Position numbers and translations under genes: made by a program. The notes under the pieces are model-generated. The model was not told the DNA's origin. It saw nothing but the letters and a program-made list of their open reading frames with translations, and did no database searches. Positions 30,308 through 40,315 of a stretch of 64,000 nt of DNA are shown here, one piece after another. Numbering within the stretch: position 1 is the first letter of the stretch; every line of letters starts with the position of its first letter. Source of the DNA: a virus; IMG/VR virus record IMGVR_UViG_3300032236_000803, positions 27,191 through 91,190 of that record. One strand, 5' to 3'.

Positions 30308-33300
30308 ATGGCTATAAATTTCCCACTATCCCCAGCGTTAAATCAACTATATACATATGGGTCAAAAACTTGGTATTGGAATGGTAGCGCATGGAATTTA
30401 TCCACTATAGATGCTACCCCAATATCCACTACGGCAAATTTAGCATTCGTACAAGCAAATAACGCTTGGTTAGCTGCTAACACCGCTAATGCTACTGCTA
30501 ACATTGCGTTGTCTGTTGCACAATCAGCATATGGACAAGCGAATTCTGAACCTGCTGGTACTGCTGCATATAGAACAGCTAATGCAGGATACAACGTTGC
30601 TAACTTATCGTTCTCTGTCGCTAACTCTGCTTGGTTTACAGCCAATACTGCTAACGGTACAGCTAATATTGCGTTAAGCGTTGCGCAGTCAGCATATAAC
30701 AATTCAAATTCTGGATACAATACCGCTAACGCAGCGTATAACGTTGCTAACTTGGCATTTGCTTCTGCCAATTCCGCTTGGAACACTGCTAATACTGCTA
30801 ATACAACAGCTAATATCGCATTGTCTGTTGCCCAATCCGGATACAACACTGCTAATGCAGGATACAACGTTGCTAACTTGGCATTTGCTTCTGCCAATTC
30901 CGCTTGGAACACTGCTAACGCAGGATATAATGTAGCGAATCTTTCATTCAATGTAGCTAACTCTGCTTGGAACACTGCCAATACTGCTAATGGAACTGCA
31001 AATATAGCATTGAGCGTTGCGCAGTCAGCGTATAATAATTCAAATTCTGGATACAATACAGCTAACGCAGGATACAATGTTGCTAATTTATCATTTGCAG
31101 CTGCTAATTCTGCTTGGAACACCGCTAACGCAGCGTATAATGTTGCTAATAACGCTTGGGCTGGAGCTAATGCTGCATATACATACGCTTCTAGTACAGC
31201 AAATAATGCTTACAATACAGCTAACTCTGCTTGGAGCACTGCTAATTCCAAATTTAATACTTCTGGCGGTAATATAACTGGACCAGTAACTATTAATTCT
31301 ACGTTGACTGTAACAGGAAACGTAACTTTCGGCGGTAATGTATTTAATTTAAACGCAAATAATTTAACTATTGAAGATAATATGATTTATCTCAATAGTA
31401 CATCGAATGTTGCTAATCCCGATCTTGGGTTTGCTGGTAATTATAATGACGGTATTTACCATCATGCTGGTTTTTTCAGAAAAGCATCTGACGGTATTTG
31501 GAGAGTTTTTGACAGTTATCTTCCAGAACCTGACGCTTCGCCTTATATCGATACCAGTAATTCTTCGTTTAGAATTGCTGATTTCCAAGCTAACACGGTT
31601 TATGCTAACACTTTAATAATTTCTTCTAATACGCTAATAGCAAATTTAAATTCAACATTATTAGGAAATCAGCCAAGAAGTTATTACGAAAATTTATCAA
31701 TTGCTGCGTATAACACCGCTAATGCTGGCTATAGCGTTGCTAATTCCGCATTTAATACGGCAAATGCTGGATACAATGTAGCTAATTTATCGTTCAGCGT
31801 AGCAAATAGTGCATATAATACTGCAAATGCTGGATACAATGTAGCTAATTTATCGTTCAGCGTAGCAAATAGTGCATATAATACAGCTAACGCTGGATAC
31901 AATGTAGCAAATCTTTCATTCAACGTAGCTAACTCTGCTTGGAACACAGCTAACACCGCTAATGGTACAGCTAACATTGCATTAAGCATTGCTCAATCAG
32001 GTTACAATACTGCTAACGCTGGTTATAATGTAGCTAATTTATCGTTCAGCGTAGCAAATAGTGCATATAATACAGCTAACGCTGGATACAATGTTGCGAA
32101 CAATGCTTGGTTTACTGCCAATACAGCCAATTCCACAGCTAATATAGCATTAAGCGTTTCTCAATCTGGATATAATACAGCTAACGCAGGGTATAATGTA
32201 GCAAATCTTTCATTCAATGTAGCTAACTCTGCTTGGAATACTGCTAACACGGCTAATGGTACAGCTAATATAGCATTGTCTGTCGCGCAAGCAGCATACG
32301 GACAAGCAAATACAGAACCAACTGGTACAGCCGCATATAAAACCGCTAATGCTGCATATAATGTTGCAAATAGCGCTTGGTTTACTGCTAATACAGCTAA
32401 TGCAACTGCTAATATTGCGTTGAGCATTGCCCAATCAGGATATAACGCGGCTAATAACGCTTTATCAAACACAGGGAATATCATAACAGTAAATTCCCAA
32501 TCGATATTATTTGTATCAAACACAACTCCATCTAACGCAATCAATAATGGCGCATTAGTCGTTTCTGGCGGTGTTGGTATTGCTGGTAACGCTTATCATG
32601 GCGGTCTTGTATCTGCAAATAATGGATTATATTCAAGTAACAATTTCACTGGTTCATATACAGACGGTATTGTCGTTGATTACGTAACTGGTAATGGTAG
32701 AATTTCAGTTGGTACTGCTGACGGCATTACTTTCTATAACGGCGGTGTTGCTAATAACCAATTATTAGCTATTTCATCTAACGGCGTTATGTTTGCCGGA
32801 CAGATATATTCGTCTAATACGATAACTGCAAACACGTTTACAGGGTCCGGAGCTGGATTAACCGGAACAGCGTCAAATTTAACGGCTAACGTCGCAACGT
32901 ATGTAACAATATCAAATACAACCAACGGAATATATTATCCGCAGTTGACAAATAATGTATCCGGTAACAACCAAACGTATGCTAATAGTGCATATGTGTT
33001 TGATGTTGCTAATAGTTACTTTGGCGTTGGTAATGCTCCTCAAGCGGCATTAGACGTTACTGGAGCTATCCGATCAAATGGTCTTTCCGTAATTTCAATA
33101 ACTACAAATACAGGAGCTAACGCTACAGTATACGCTGGGGCAGTAATCCAGAATCAAGTATCTGCGAATATTACTGGAGCTGTAGGAGTAGGTGGTTTTT
33201 ATGGTTCTTCAAATGCGGTTACTGGCTTGTATGTCGCACCCCAAGTAATTACAAGTTATCAAATTAACGGACCATCGAAATTAGTTGGAATATATGTCGC

Positions 33301-34399
33301 TCCTCATTACGCAAATACTACCGGACAGGGAGCTGCATCAACGTTATATGGTGGTTATTTCGATGCCTCAAAAAATGATGCATTGGATTCTGGAGGCAAC
33401 TTTAATGTCAATGCGGCGCAATACGGCGTATACAACAATGTTACTACAGGAAGAAATAGAACCAATACTGGTCCTTTATATGGAACATATAATAATATAG
33501 CAGCCAGTGGAAATAACGCATCGGGAGTAACTACAGGTACTTTATACGGTACATATAACTCTATATCTAGAACAACTGCAAATACCGGCGTTACCGGAAA
33601 CGTCTATTCTACTTACAGCACAACAAGTATAAATGCTAATAATGATGTATTGGGTGTTTTTGGAACGTCAAATTTCATAACAATTAAAGCCAATTCTGTA
33701 CAATCTATTGTTGGGTACGATACCAAAATATCCGTTCAACCGTATGATACCAACTCCAATAACGTCATATCAAACATATATGAAATTTATTCCGAAGGTA
33801 CTACTATCTCTGGAACGGGGACAACGTATGCTATCGCAAATAATAGATACGGATTGTATTTAGGACCGTTATCTGGAAATAATTCGATATACGTTGCTAA
33901 CAATTATGGAATTTATTCCTCAGATAGCGCAGCAAATAATTATTTTGCCGGATCAATATATTGTGTGAATACAATAACGTCAAATGCGTTTTCTGGTAAC
34001 GTATATGCTACTAGCGTAAACGCAAATAAGATTTATGTAAATGGAACGTCATCAGATATTTATGATTTAGATGATATTTCGTATGCAACTGACGGAAGAA
34101 AAAATACTTTTGCATTAAAATATAATCAAACAACTGTTTCTGCAAATAGCCCATTTAATTTAATGGTTACTATTAATGGATTAGTACAACCAGCATTTGA
34201 TTATAAATATGATACATTCTGGTTGGCTAATGTATTGACAGCTTCAAAGGGATATTGCCTAGATAATTCTGGAAATATTAAATTCGCAGATAGCCCACCG
34301 CAAGGTTCACAAATATTGATTAGGACCGTTTTTGGAAGTGTACCAGCAAATAAAAAAGTATATCCATTTAAGCCATTGGATATATTAATGGGTTACTAA
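30308..34399 (+). CDS. AN-heptad fibre with beta-rich C-terminal half (1363 aa)
   Basis: N-terminal FPxxP...KTWYWNGSAW motif, AN heptads, a 114-aa block shared with the 1516-aa fibre, GALVVSGGVGI fibre motif, and C-terminal LDDIS...DG...F.L...INGLVQ.P domain. Confidence 0.7.
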   Translation: MAINFPLSPALNQLYTYGSKTWYWNGSAWNLSTIDATPISTTANLAFVQANNAWLAANTANATANIALSVAQSAYGQANSEPAGTAAYRTANAGYNVANLSFSVANSAWFTANTANGTANIALSVAQSAYNNSNSGYNTANAAYNVANLAFASANSAWNTANTANTTANIALSVAQSGYNTANAGYNVANLAFASANSAWNTANAGYNVANLSFNVANSAWNTANTANGTANIALSVAQSAYNNSNSGYNTANAGYNVANLSFAAANSAWNTANAAYNVANNAWAGANAAYTYASSTANNAYNTANSAWSTANSKFNTSGGNITGPVTINSTLTVTGNVTFGGNVFNLNANNLTIEDNMIYLNSTSNVANPDLGFAGNYNDGIYHHAGFFRKASDGIWRVFDSYLPEPDASPYIDTSNSSFRIADFQANTVYANTLIISSNTLIANLNSTLLGNQPRSYYENLSIAAYNTANAGYSVANSAFNTANAGYNVANLSFSVANSAYNTANAGYNVANLSFSVANSAYNTANAGYNVANLSFNVANSAWNTANTANGTANIALSIAQSGYNTANAGYNVANLSFSVANSAYNTANAGYNVANNAWFTANTANSTANIALSVSQSGYNTANAGYNVANLSFNVANSAWNTANTANGTANIALSVAQAAYGQANTEPTGTAAYKTANAAYNVANSAWFTANTANATANIALSIAQSGYNAANNALSNTGNIITVNSQSILFVSNTTPSNAINNGALVVSGGVGIAGNAYHGGLVSANNGLYSSNNFTGSYTDGIVVDYVTGNGRISVGTADGITFYNGGVANNQLLAISSNGVMFAGQIYSSNTITANTFTGSGAGLTGTASNLTANVATYVTISNTTNGIYYPQLTNNVSGNNQTYANSAYVFDVANSYFGVGNAPQAALDVTGAIRSNGLSVISITTNTGANATVYAGAVIQNQVSANITGAVGVGGFYGSSNAVTGLYVAPQVITSYQINGPSKLVGIYVAPHYANTTGQGAASTLYGGYFDASKNDALDSGGNFNVNAAQYGVYNNVTTGRNRTNTGPLYGTYNNIAASGNNASGVTTGTLYGTYNSISRTTANTGVTGNVYSTYSTTSINANNDVLGVFGTSNFITIKANSVQSIVGYDTKISVQPYDTNSNNVISNIYEIYSEGTTISGTGTTYAIANNRYGLYLGPLSGNNSIYVANNYGIYSSDSAANNYFAGSIYCVNTITSNAFSGNVYATSVNANKIYVNGTSSDIYDLDDISYATDGRKNTFALKYNQTTVSANSPFNLMVTINGLVQPAFDYKYDTFWLANVLTASKGYCLDNSGNIKFADSPPQGSQILIRTVFGSVPANKKVYPFKPLDILMGY
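30430..32460 (+). repeat. Degenerate 21-nt (heptad) coding repeat array
   Basis: Same heptad vocabulary as 21800-25240, interrupted at about 31250-31710. Confidence 0.9.
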
Positions 34400-34402
34400 A
34401 TA
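34395..34402 (+). promoter_or_regulatory. Probable late promoter variant ACTAAATA
   Basis: TAAATA core overlapping a stop codon, upstream of a strong AGGAG SD and the ATG at 34435. Confidence 0.45.
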
Positions 34403-34434
34403 GAAATAAACCGCTTTAAACTTAGGAGTTAATA

Positions 34435-37400
34435 ATGGCGCGTAAGACCATACTTGATACTTATTATACATTTACACCATCGACCCGGACGATTGTGATT
34501 CCGCGTGCCGTTCCAAGAGAAAAATTGGTGTTAATTACCGATGTTACGACAAATCAGGTCATTTACAATTTCTCTGATCCAAACTTAACAGCATCATCTT
34601 ATACAATTGCTCAATCTGCTGATAATACACAGATTTTCACGACAATTGTTCTAAGTTACAATACTGCTTCTTTATCTGCTACAGATAAATTACAGATTGT
34701 TATTGACGAATATGATGAAAAGTTTTCGCCATCTGAATCATATCTAGATCCAATCAATAAACTGAGAGTATCAACTCCTCAGTCATTGATTGATACTGAC
34801 TATGAGTATTCGATTCAGACAACCAAATGGGAACAGCTGTCATTATTAAATAATACTCCATATGCGTATTATGTTACTGCTACTGGTAACTTAAACGTTG
34901 GCGGTATTACAGCAACAAACGGTTCTAGAACATACATTGCTACCACAGGAAGCTATCCTGCTCCTGCTAATGGTTCGCCAATTGTAATTCTTGATAGTTT
35001 ATATTCAGGAGCTGATGGACTTTATATTGTTGATGCTAATAGTATTGTCAATGGCGCAAATACTTTCTCATATACTGGTAAGTTCTTCTATACTGGCGGT
35101 AATCCAACGTCTAATATTATCAATACTGGCGTAACTATTGGGTATCAAGGTTATACCTTCAGCAATTCTTCTATTGCTATGACGTCAGCATCTGTTTCTG
35201 GTAACGTTGTAACTGTACAGACAGTAAATCCTCATAATTTAGCCATTGGTAATGAAATTGCTTTAACTGGCGCTTCATCTGCGAATGGTTCATGGACGGT
35301 ATGTACGGTACAATCTGCAAATACTTTCAGTTTCTATGCAAATACATTCTCTACTGGCGCATTAACGTTAACAAACGCTAATCTATACGTTAGACCACAG
35401 GGTTTAGCTGTTCATAGACCATTTGACGGTGGCGTTCGTTTCTCAACTAATGCTTCTAGTCATAATCAACAGTATATTCGTCAGACTCGTAGATATTTCC
35501 GTTACCAATCAGGTAAAGGTATTCAGATGTCTACTGGTACTATCTTAAAACCTCAATTAAATCTTGATGGTATTACGTATAATGCCACGACAAATCTTGT
35601 TACTGTTGTAACTAAAGACCCCCATAATATCAATTACCCAACAAATATTGCTATTTCTGGTGCAAATGAATCTGGATTTAATGGAACGTTTACTGTTCAG
35701 AACGTTATTAACCCTTATTCATTTACATACACCCCTACGACAACTCCTGGTAATACAACCGCATCTGGTCAGATTTACGGTTCAGTAGTATCTTGGTCTG
35801 GAGCAGAAAATCGTATTGGTATTTTCGATTCTCAGAATGGTCTTTTCTGGAAATTTGACGGAACAACTTTATCGGCTGTAAGACGTAGTTCAACTTATCA
35901 GATTTCTGGACAGGTTACAGTAACTCCAGGTTCTGCGATTGTAAACGCAGCTTCTGGATATCCTACAACTTTCAATAAGCAATTATTGGTTAATGATTTC
36001 ATCGTAATCAAGGGTATGTCTTATCGCGTAACAAATATCATGTCTGATACGCAGCTGACAATTTCTCCTGCTTATCGCGGATTAACTACGCAAACCAATG
36101 CAGTTGTCAGTAGAACAGTTGATACAGTAATTCCATCAACTTCTTTCAATATTGATCGTTTGGATGGCACTGGTCCTTCTGGATATACTATTGACTTGTC
36201 CAAAATGCAAATGTTCTATATCGATTACTCTTGGTATGGTGCAGGGTTCATTCGTTGGGGCGTAAGAGGTCCAGACGGTAACGTAATTTATTGCCATAAG
36301 TTAATTAACAACAACGTTAATTACATGGCTTATATGCGTTCTGGTAACTTACCTGGCCGTTATGAAACTCATACATTTGCTAAGACCACTTATATGGTTG
36401 GTGGCGCATCTGGTCCAGCTACTAACTTCTTATCGACAGATGGAACGATATACGTTGCGAATACGTCCGGTTTCCCCTCATCTGGTACTATCTGGGTCAG
36501 GAATATGGCTAATAGTGAGTATATTACATATAATTCTACAACGTCAAATACTTTCAGCGGATTGACTAGAGGACAACCCGGATTAACTACAACAGGTAAT
36601 TTGGTATACGGTAACAATTATGTCACAGGTCTTGCGTCTACTACTGGCGTACAAGTTAATCAGTATGTATTCGGTGCTGGTATTCCTAACCAAGCGTTCG
36701 TAACTTCTATTCCTAATAGTAGCACTGTTGTATTATCACAAGCATCTATTGGCGTTGGAACAGGTAATACAATTTACTTTGCTCCTATGGGTAATACTGC
36801 TCAGACATTTATTTACTCAGCAACTGCTCAAACTGCGATTGAATTACATTCACCAATGTTTGCGCCAGAAGTTAATCACTGGGGTACATCTGCTATCATG
36901 GATGGCGGTTTCACTAACGATAAATCGTTCATCTTCACCAAAGGTATGACTTCTACTATTTCTGTACCGCAAGGATCGTCTCAGGCTGTCATGAGTTTCA
37001 GAATTGCTCCTTCTGCCAGTAACGGTATTCCCGCTTCTGGTCCGGGTATTCGCGAAATCATTAATCGTATGCAGATGTTACCGTTCGAAACAGACATGTA
37101 TTCAAATGGTTCGTTCTTGATTACTTGTACTTTGAATGGAACAACGTCAAATACAGCAGAAAACTGGACTAACGTTGGTGGATCAAGTTTATCACAATAC
37201 ATTTTCCATGCTCCTGGTACAACAGTATCTGGCGGCGAAGCTGTATTCGGATTCTACTTGAACGTTAATCAGGGTACATATTCTACAACCCAGCAGGATT
37301 TAACTCAGTTACTTGCATTAGGTTCTAGTATTCTTGGCGGTGGTACTGCAAATGCGGCAGTTGGTATCTATCCTAATGGTCCTGACGTAATCACTTTCCA

Positions 37401-37470
37401 AGCTCAGAACATTGATACTGCGGCAAGAGCAATTCAAGCACGTTATTCTTGGAACGAAGCACAGGCATAA
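34435..37470 (+). CDS. Large virion structural protein (1011 aa)
   Basis: YTFTPS...LVLITDVTTNQVIYNFSD N-terminus, RQTRRYFRYQSGKG, IDYSWYGAGFIRWG and C-terminal SWNEAQA, as seen in T4-like structural proteins. Strong SD. Confidence 0.7.
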   Translation: MARKTILDTYYTFTPSTRTIVIPRAVPREKLVLITDVTTNQVIYNFSDPNLTASSYTIAQSADNTQIFTTIVLSYNTASLSATDKLQIVIDEYDEKFSPSESYLDPINKLRVSTPQSLIDTDYEYSIQTTKWEQLSLLNNTPYAYYVTATGNLNVGGITATNGSRTYIATTGSYPAPANGSPIVILDSLYSGADGLYIVDANSIVNGANTFSYTGKFFYTGGNPTSNIINTGVTIGYQGYTFSNSSIAMTSASVSGNVVTVQTVNPHNLAIGNEIALTGASSANGSWTVCTVQSANTFSFYANTFSTGALTLTNANLYVRPQGLAVHRPFDGGVRFSTNASSHNQQYIRQTRRYFRYQSGKGIQMSTGTILKPQLNLDGITYNATTNLVTVVTKDPHNINYPTNIAISGANESGFNGTFTVQNVINPYSFTYTPTTTPGNTTASGQIYGSVVSWSGAENRIGIFDSQNGLFWKFDGTTLSAVRRSSTYQISGQVTVTPGSAIVNAASGYPTTFNKQLLVNDFIVIKGMSYRVTNIMSDTQLTISPAYRGLTTQTNAVVSRTVDTVIPSTSFNIDRLDGTGPSGYTIDLSKMQMFYIDYSWYGAGFIRWGVRGPDGNVIYCHKLINNNVNYMAYMRSGNLPGRYETHTFAKTTYMVGGASGPATNFLSTDGTIYVANTSGFPSSGTIWVRNMANSEYITYNSTTSNTFSGLTRGQPGLTTTGNLVYGNNYVTGLASTTGVQVNQYVFGAGIPNQAFVTSIPNSSTVVLSQASIGVGTGNTIYFAPMGNTAQTFIYSATAQTAIELHSPMFAPEVNHWGTSAIMDGGFTNDKSFIFTKGMTSTISVPQGSSQAVMSFRIAPSASNGIPASGPGIREIINRMQMLPFETDMYSNGSFLITCTLNGTTSNTAENWTNVGGSSLSQYIFHAPGTTVSGGEAVFGFYLNVNQGTYSTTQQDLTQLLALGSSILGGGTANAAVGIYPNGPDVITFQAQNIDTAARAIQARYSWNEAQA

Positions 37471-37475
37471 ACTAA

Positions 37476-38417
37476 ATGCTAACATTAACTAAGTTACCAG
37501 TAGTAACATCCCTTAACGAAGCATCGACATTCTATATGTCGATGCAACCTTCGGGGATACAATCAACAAATGATATCTACTCAAATCAAAATGTATATTA
37601 TTATGCAAATAATGGTGTAGGGACTTTTAATGTTAATGGAACTATAAACGCTTCTTCTGTATTGGTTAATGGTGCACCATTAACCGCTTCTGGAGGAAGC
37701 AGCGGTCCAACAGTCACTGTCACAGCAACTAATGGATTATATTCTATTGGTAATTTCACTGGATCGTATACGGACGGTATAGTTGTTGATTACGTAACTG
37801 GTAATGGCAGAATTTCAGTTGGCCCAGCTGATGGATTGACAATTTATAATGGCGGCGTTGCTAATACTGCATTAGTTACAATTACAAATACTGGTAATTT
37901 TAGTATAGGAACAGCAAGTAATACGTACGCGTTGAATGTTGGCGGTACAGCAAACGTTGGAGCATTATTAATTAATGGAGCACCTCTTTCGGTAGGCGCT
38001 ACGATTACTGATGATACGTCAACTAATGCAACCAGATATATTATGTTAGGTTCTGCAACTTCTGGTACATATTCAGCTGCAAATACTTCATCTTCTAAAT
38101 TGTATTTTAATCCAAGTACAGGTACAACATATTCAACTGTTTTTCAATCATTATCTGATGAAACGCAGAAGACAAATGTTGAACCTATTGTTAATGCAAC
38201 CGATACTCTTAAACAGATTATTGGATATGAATTCGATTGGAAAGATAACGGTTTAAAATCTGCTGGCGTTATTGCTCAGCAATTAGAGAAGATATTACCT
38301 TGGTTAGTCTCTGAAACTGATGGAATTAAAAGCGTCAACTATGCAGGTTTACTTGCGTATCTCATACAATCTAATAAGGAATTAGCAGATAGAATAGAGA
38401 AGTTGGAGAGTAAGTAA
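37476..38417 (+). CDS. Tail fibre with C-terminal intramolecular chaperone (Peptidase S74) domain
   Basis: SLSDETQKTNVEPI...FDWK...GVIAQQLEKILPWLV...VNYAGLLAYLIQSNKEL plus terminal coiled coil. Confidence 0.85.
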   Translation: MLTLTKLPVVTSLNEASTFYMSMQPSGIQSTNDIYSNQNVYYYANNGVGTFNVNGTINASSVLVNGAPLTASGGSSGPTVTVTATNGLYSIGNFTGSYTDGIVVDYVTGNGRISVGPADGLTIYNGGVANTALVTITNTGNFSIGTASNTYALNVGGTANVGALLINGAPLSVGATITDDTSTNATRYIMLGSATSGTYSAANTSSSKLYFNPSTGTTYSTVFQSLSDETQKTNVEPIVNATDTLKQIIGYEFDWKDNGLKSAGVIAQQLEKILPWLVSETDGIKSVNYAGLLAYLIQSNKELADRIEKLESK

Positions 38418-39637
38418 TGGCTACTGGTAATCCTAGTAATTATTGGAAAGATGATCCAATATTTGGAAGTATTGATCTAGATGATGAATATATTACCGAC
38501 CAATGGTTAGTTGATCAGTTTGTTGGGAATAATTTATTTACTTGGGGAAACGACAACCTTGGTCAACTAGGTAATGGAGTGCCCTCAGTAACCGCTTTAT
38601 CGTATTCGTCTCCAATTCAAGTAGGATCATTAACTAATTGGAAACAAGTTGCTGCGGGGGATTCACATACATCAGCAATTAAAACTGATGGTACATTATG
38701 GACATGGGGATGGAATAATTTTGGACAATTAGGTAATGGAACAACAGTATATTATTCATCTCCCATTCAAGTTGGATCATTAACCAATTGGAAACAAGTT
38801 TCCGCCGGATATATTATTACATCAGCAATCAAAACAGATGGAACATTATGGACATGGGGATTGAATCAATATGGTGAATTAGGTAATGGAACAGCAACGC
38901 CTTATTCATCTCCGATTCAAGTAGGTTCTTTGACTAATTGGAAACAGGTATCTTGTGGAGCAAGTACAATAGCAGCAATCAAGACCGATGGAACATTGTG
39001 GACATGGGGATGGTCTAATAATGGAGGACTGGGTAACGGAACAGCATCAGCATCGTTAAATTATTCCTCGCCACTCCAAATCGGAGCACTAACTAATTGG
39101 AAGCAAGTTAGTGCAGGAAACGCACAAACTGCAGCAATCAAAACTGACGGTACTTTATGGGTGTGGGGAAGTAATAATGGAGGACAATTAGGTAATCAGA
39201 ATATAATAAATTATTCCTCGCCAATCCAAGTAGGATCTTTGAATAATTGGAAACAGGTCAGTGTTAATGGTTCTGCTACGGCAGCTATTAAAACTGATGG
39301 TACTTTATGGACATGTGGTTATAACATTCAGATAAGCACACCAATAGGAATATTAGGTAATGGAACAGGAGTATCCTATTCATCCCCGATTCAAGTAGGA
39401 TCTTTGACTAATTGGAAAATCGTTGTATTTTCCGGTTCACAGGGCACCGCTGGAGCAATTAAAACCGATGGTACTTTATGGACATGGGGAATTAATGCAT
39501 CTGGTCAATTAGGTAATGGAACCAATTTAAGATATTCTTCTCCGATTCAAGTAGGTACATTAACTAATTGGAAACAAGTTTCCGGCGGGAACCTTGGAAT
39601 CCATCTAGCAGCAATCACATTCGCAGATATAACATAA
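38417..39637 (+). CDS. RCC1/BLIP-II repeat beta-propeller protein (7 repeats)
   Basis: Seven ~50-aa repeats TLWTWGxNxxGQLGNG...YSSPIQVGSLTNWKQV..G...AIKTDG. TAATG-coupled to the S74 fibre. Confidence 0.9.
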   Translation: MATGNPSNYWKDDPIFGSIDLDDEYITDQWLVDQFVGNNLFTWGNDNLGQLGNGVPSVTALSYSSPIQVGSLTNWKQVAAGDSHTSAIKTDGTLWTWGWNNFGQLGNGTTVYYSSPIQVGSLTNWKQVSAGYIITSAIKTDGTLWTWGLNQYGELGNGTATPYSSPIQVGSLTNWKQVSCGASTIAAIKTDGTLWTWGWSNNGGLGNGTASASLNYSSPLQIGALTNWKQVSAGNAQTAAIKTDGTLWVWGSNNGGQLGNQNIINYSSPIQVGSLNNWKQVSVNGSATAAIKTDGTLWTCGYNIQISTPIGILGNGTGVSYSSPIQVGSLTNWKIVVFSGSQGTAGAIKTDGTLWTWGINASGQLGNGTNLRYSSPIQVGTLTNWKQVSGGNLGIHLAAITFADIT

Positions 39638-39646
39638 GGAAAAATA

Positions 39647-40312
39647 ATGGCACAGTATCTTTTAGTACAAAATAAACAAATAGTACACCTTGGACCATTT
39701 AATTGGAAACAACGTTATATCCAATCAGAATTTGATGACTTACATGACCAAGGAGAAATCTCATTTCAATACCAAGTTCCACCAGTAGACAATGGTTATA
39801 TTGATGTTGGTGAAGGGTTTGAAATCTTTCCTCTTACTGCTATTATTTCTCCAGAGATCAATCCTAATTTCGATCAACCTATTGGTCCATTCTATACCTA
39901 TGATAATAATGAAGCAACTGCAACTTATGAGAAGACTGATAGAAATGTTATTGATATAAAAAATACTGTAAAAACTGTTGCTGCTTCATTGAGATATACC
40001 AAAGAGAATTCTGGAACTAAAGCAATAGTTCAAGGCATAGAAGTTAGTGTAGATACTTCCAGAGAAGGTAGAGCAATCTTTGTTCAAGCATATACCACAA
40101 TGTCCGATTCAGATGTTATTGGATGGAAATTCCCAGAATGTTGGTTGAATTTAACCAAATCCGATTTGGGCATTTGCGTTAATGCTGGAGTTACTCATGT
40201 ACAATCACAATTCGCATGGGAACAAGATATTGATACTCAGACAAATAATGCACAAACAGTTGACGAATTAAAAACCATTTATACCAGTATGTTTCCTGTT
40301 AAAGAGGAATAA
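39647..40312 (+). CDS. DUF4376-like tail fibre assembly protein
   Basis: LRYTKENSG...VDTSREGR...WKF...W.NLT..DL......HVQSQFAWE pattern. AAGGA SD. Confidence 0.65.
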   Translation: MAQYLLVQNKQIVHLGPFNWKQRYIQSEFDDLHDQGEISFQYQVPPVDNGYIDVGEGFEIFPLTAIISPEINPNFDQPIGPFYTYDNNEATATYEKTDRNVIDIKNTVKTVAASLRYTKENSGTKAIVQGIEVSVDTSREGRAIFVQAYTTMSDSDVIGWKFPECWLNLTKSDLGICVNAGVTHVQSQFAWEQDIDTQTNNAQTVDELKTIYTSMFPVKEE

Positions 40313-40315
40313 TCA

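Noticed and set aside
22091-32544. Many minus-strand ORFs (e.g. 30343-31122, 259 aa) over the AN-heptad genes
   Set aside because: They are antisense shadows of repetitive GCT/AAT codons that lack stops, with no start signals.
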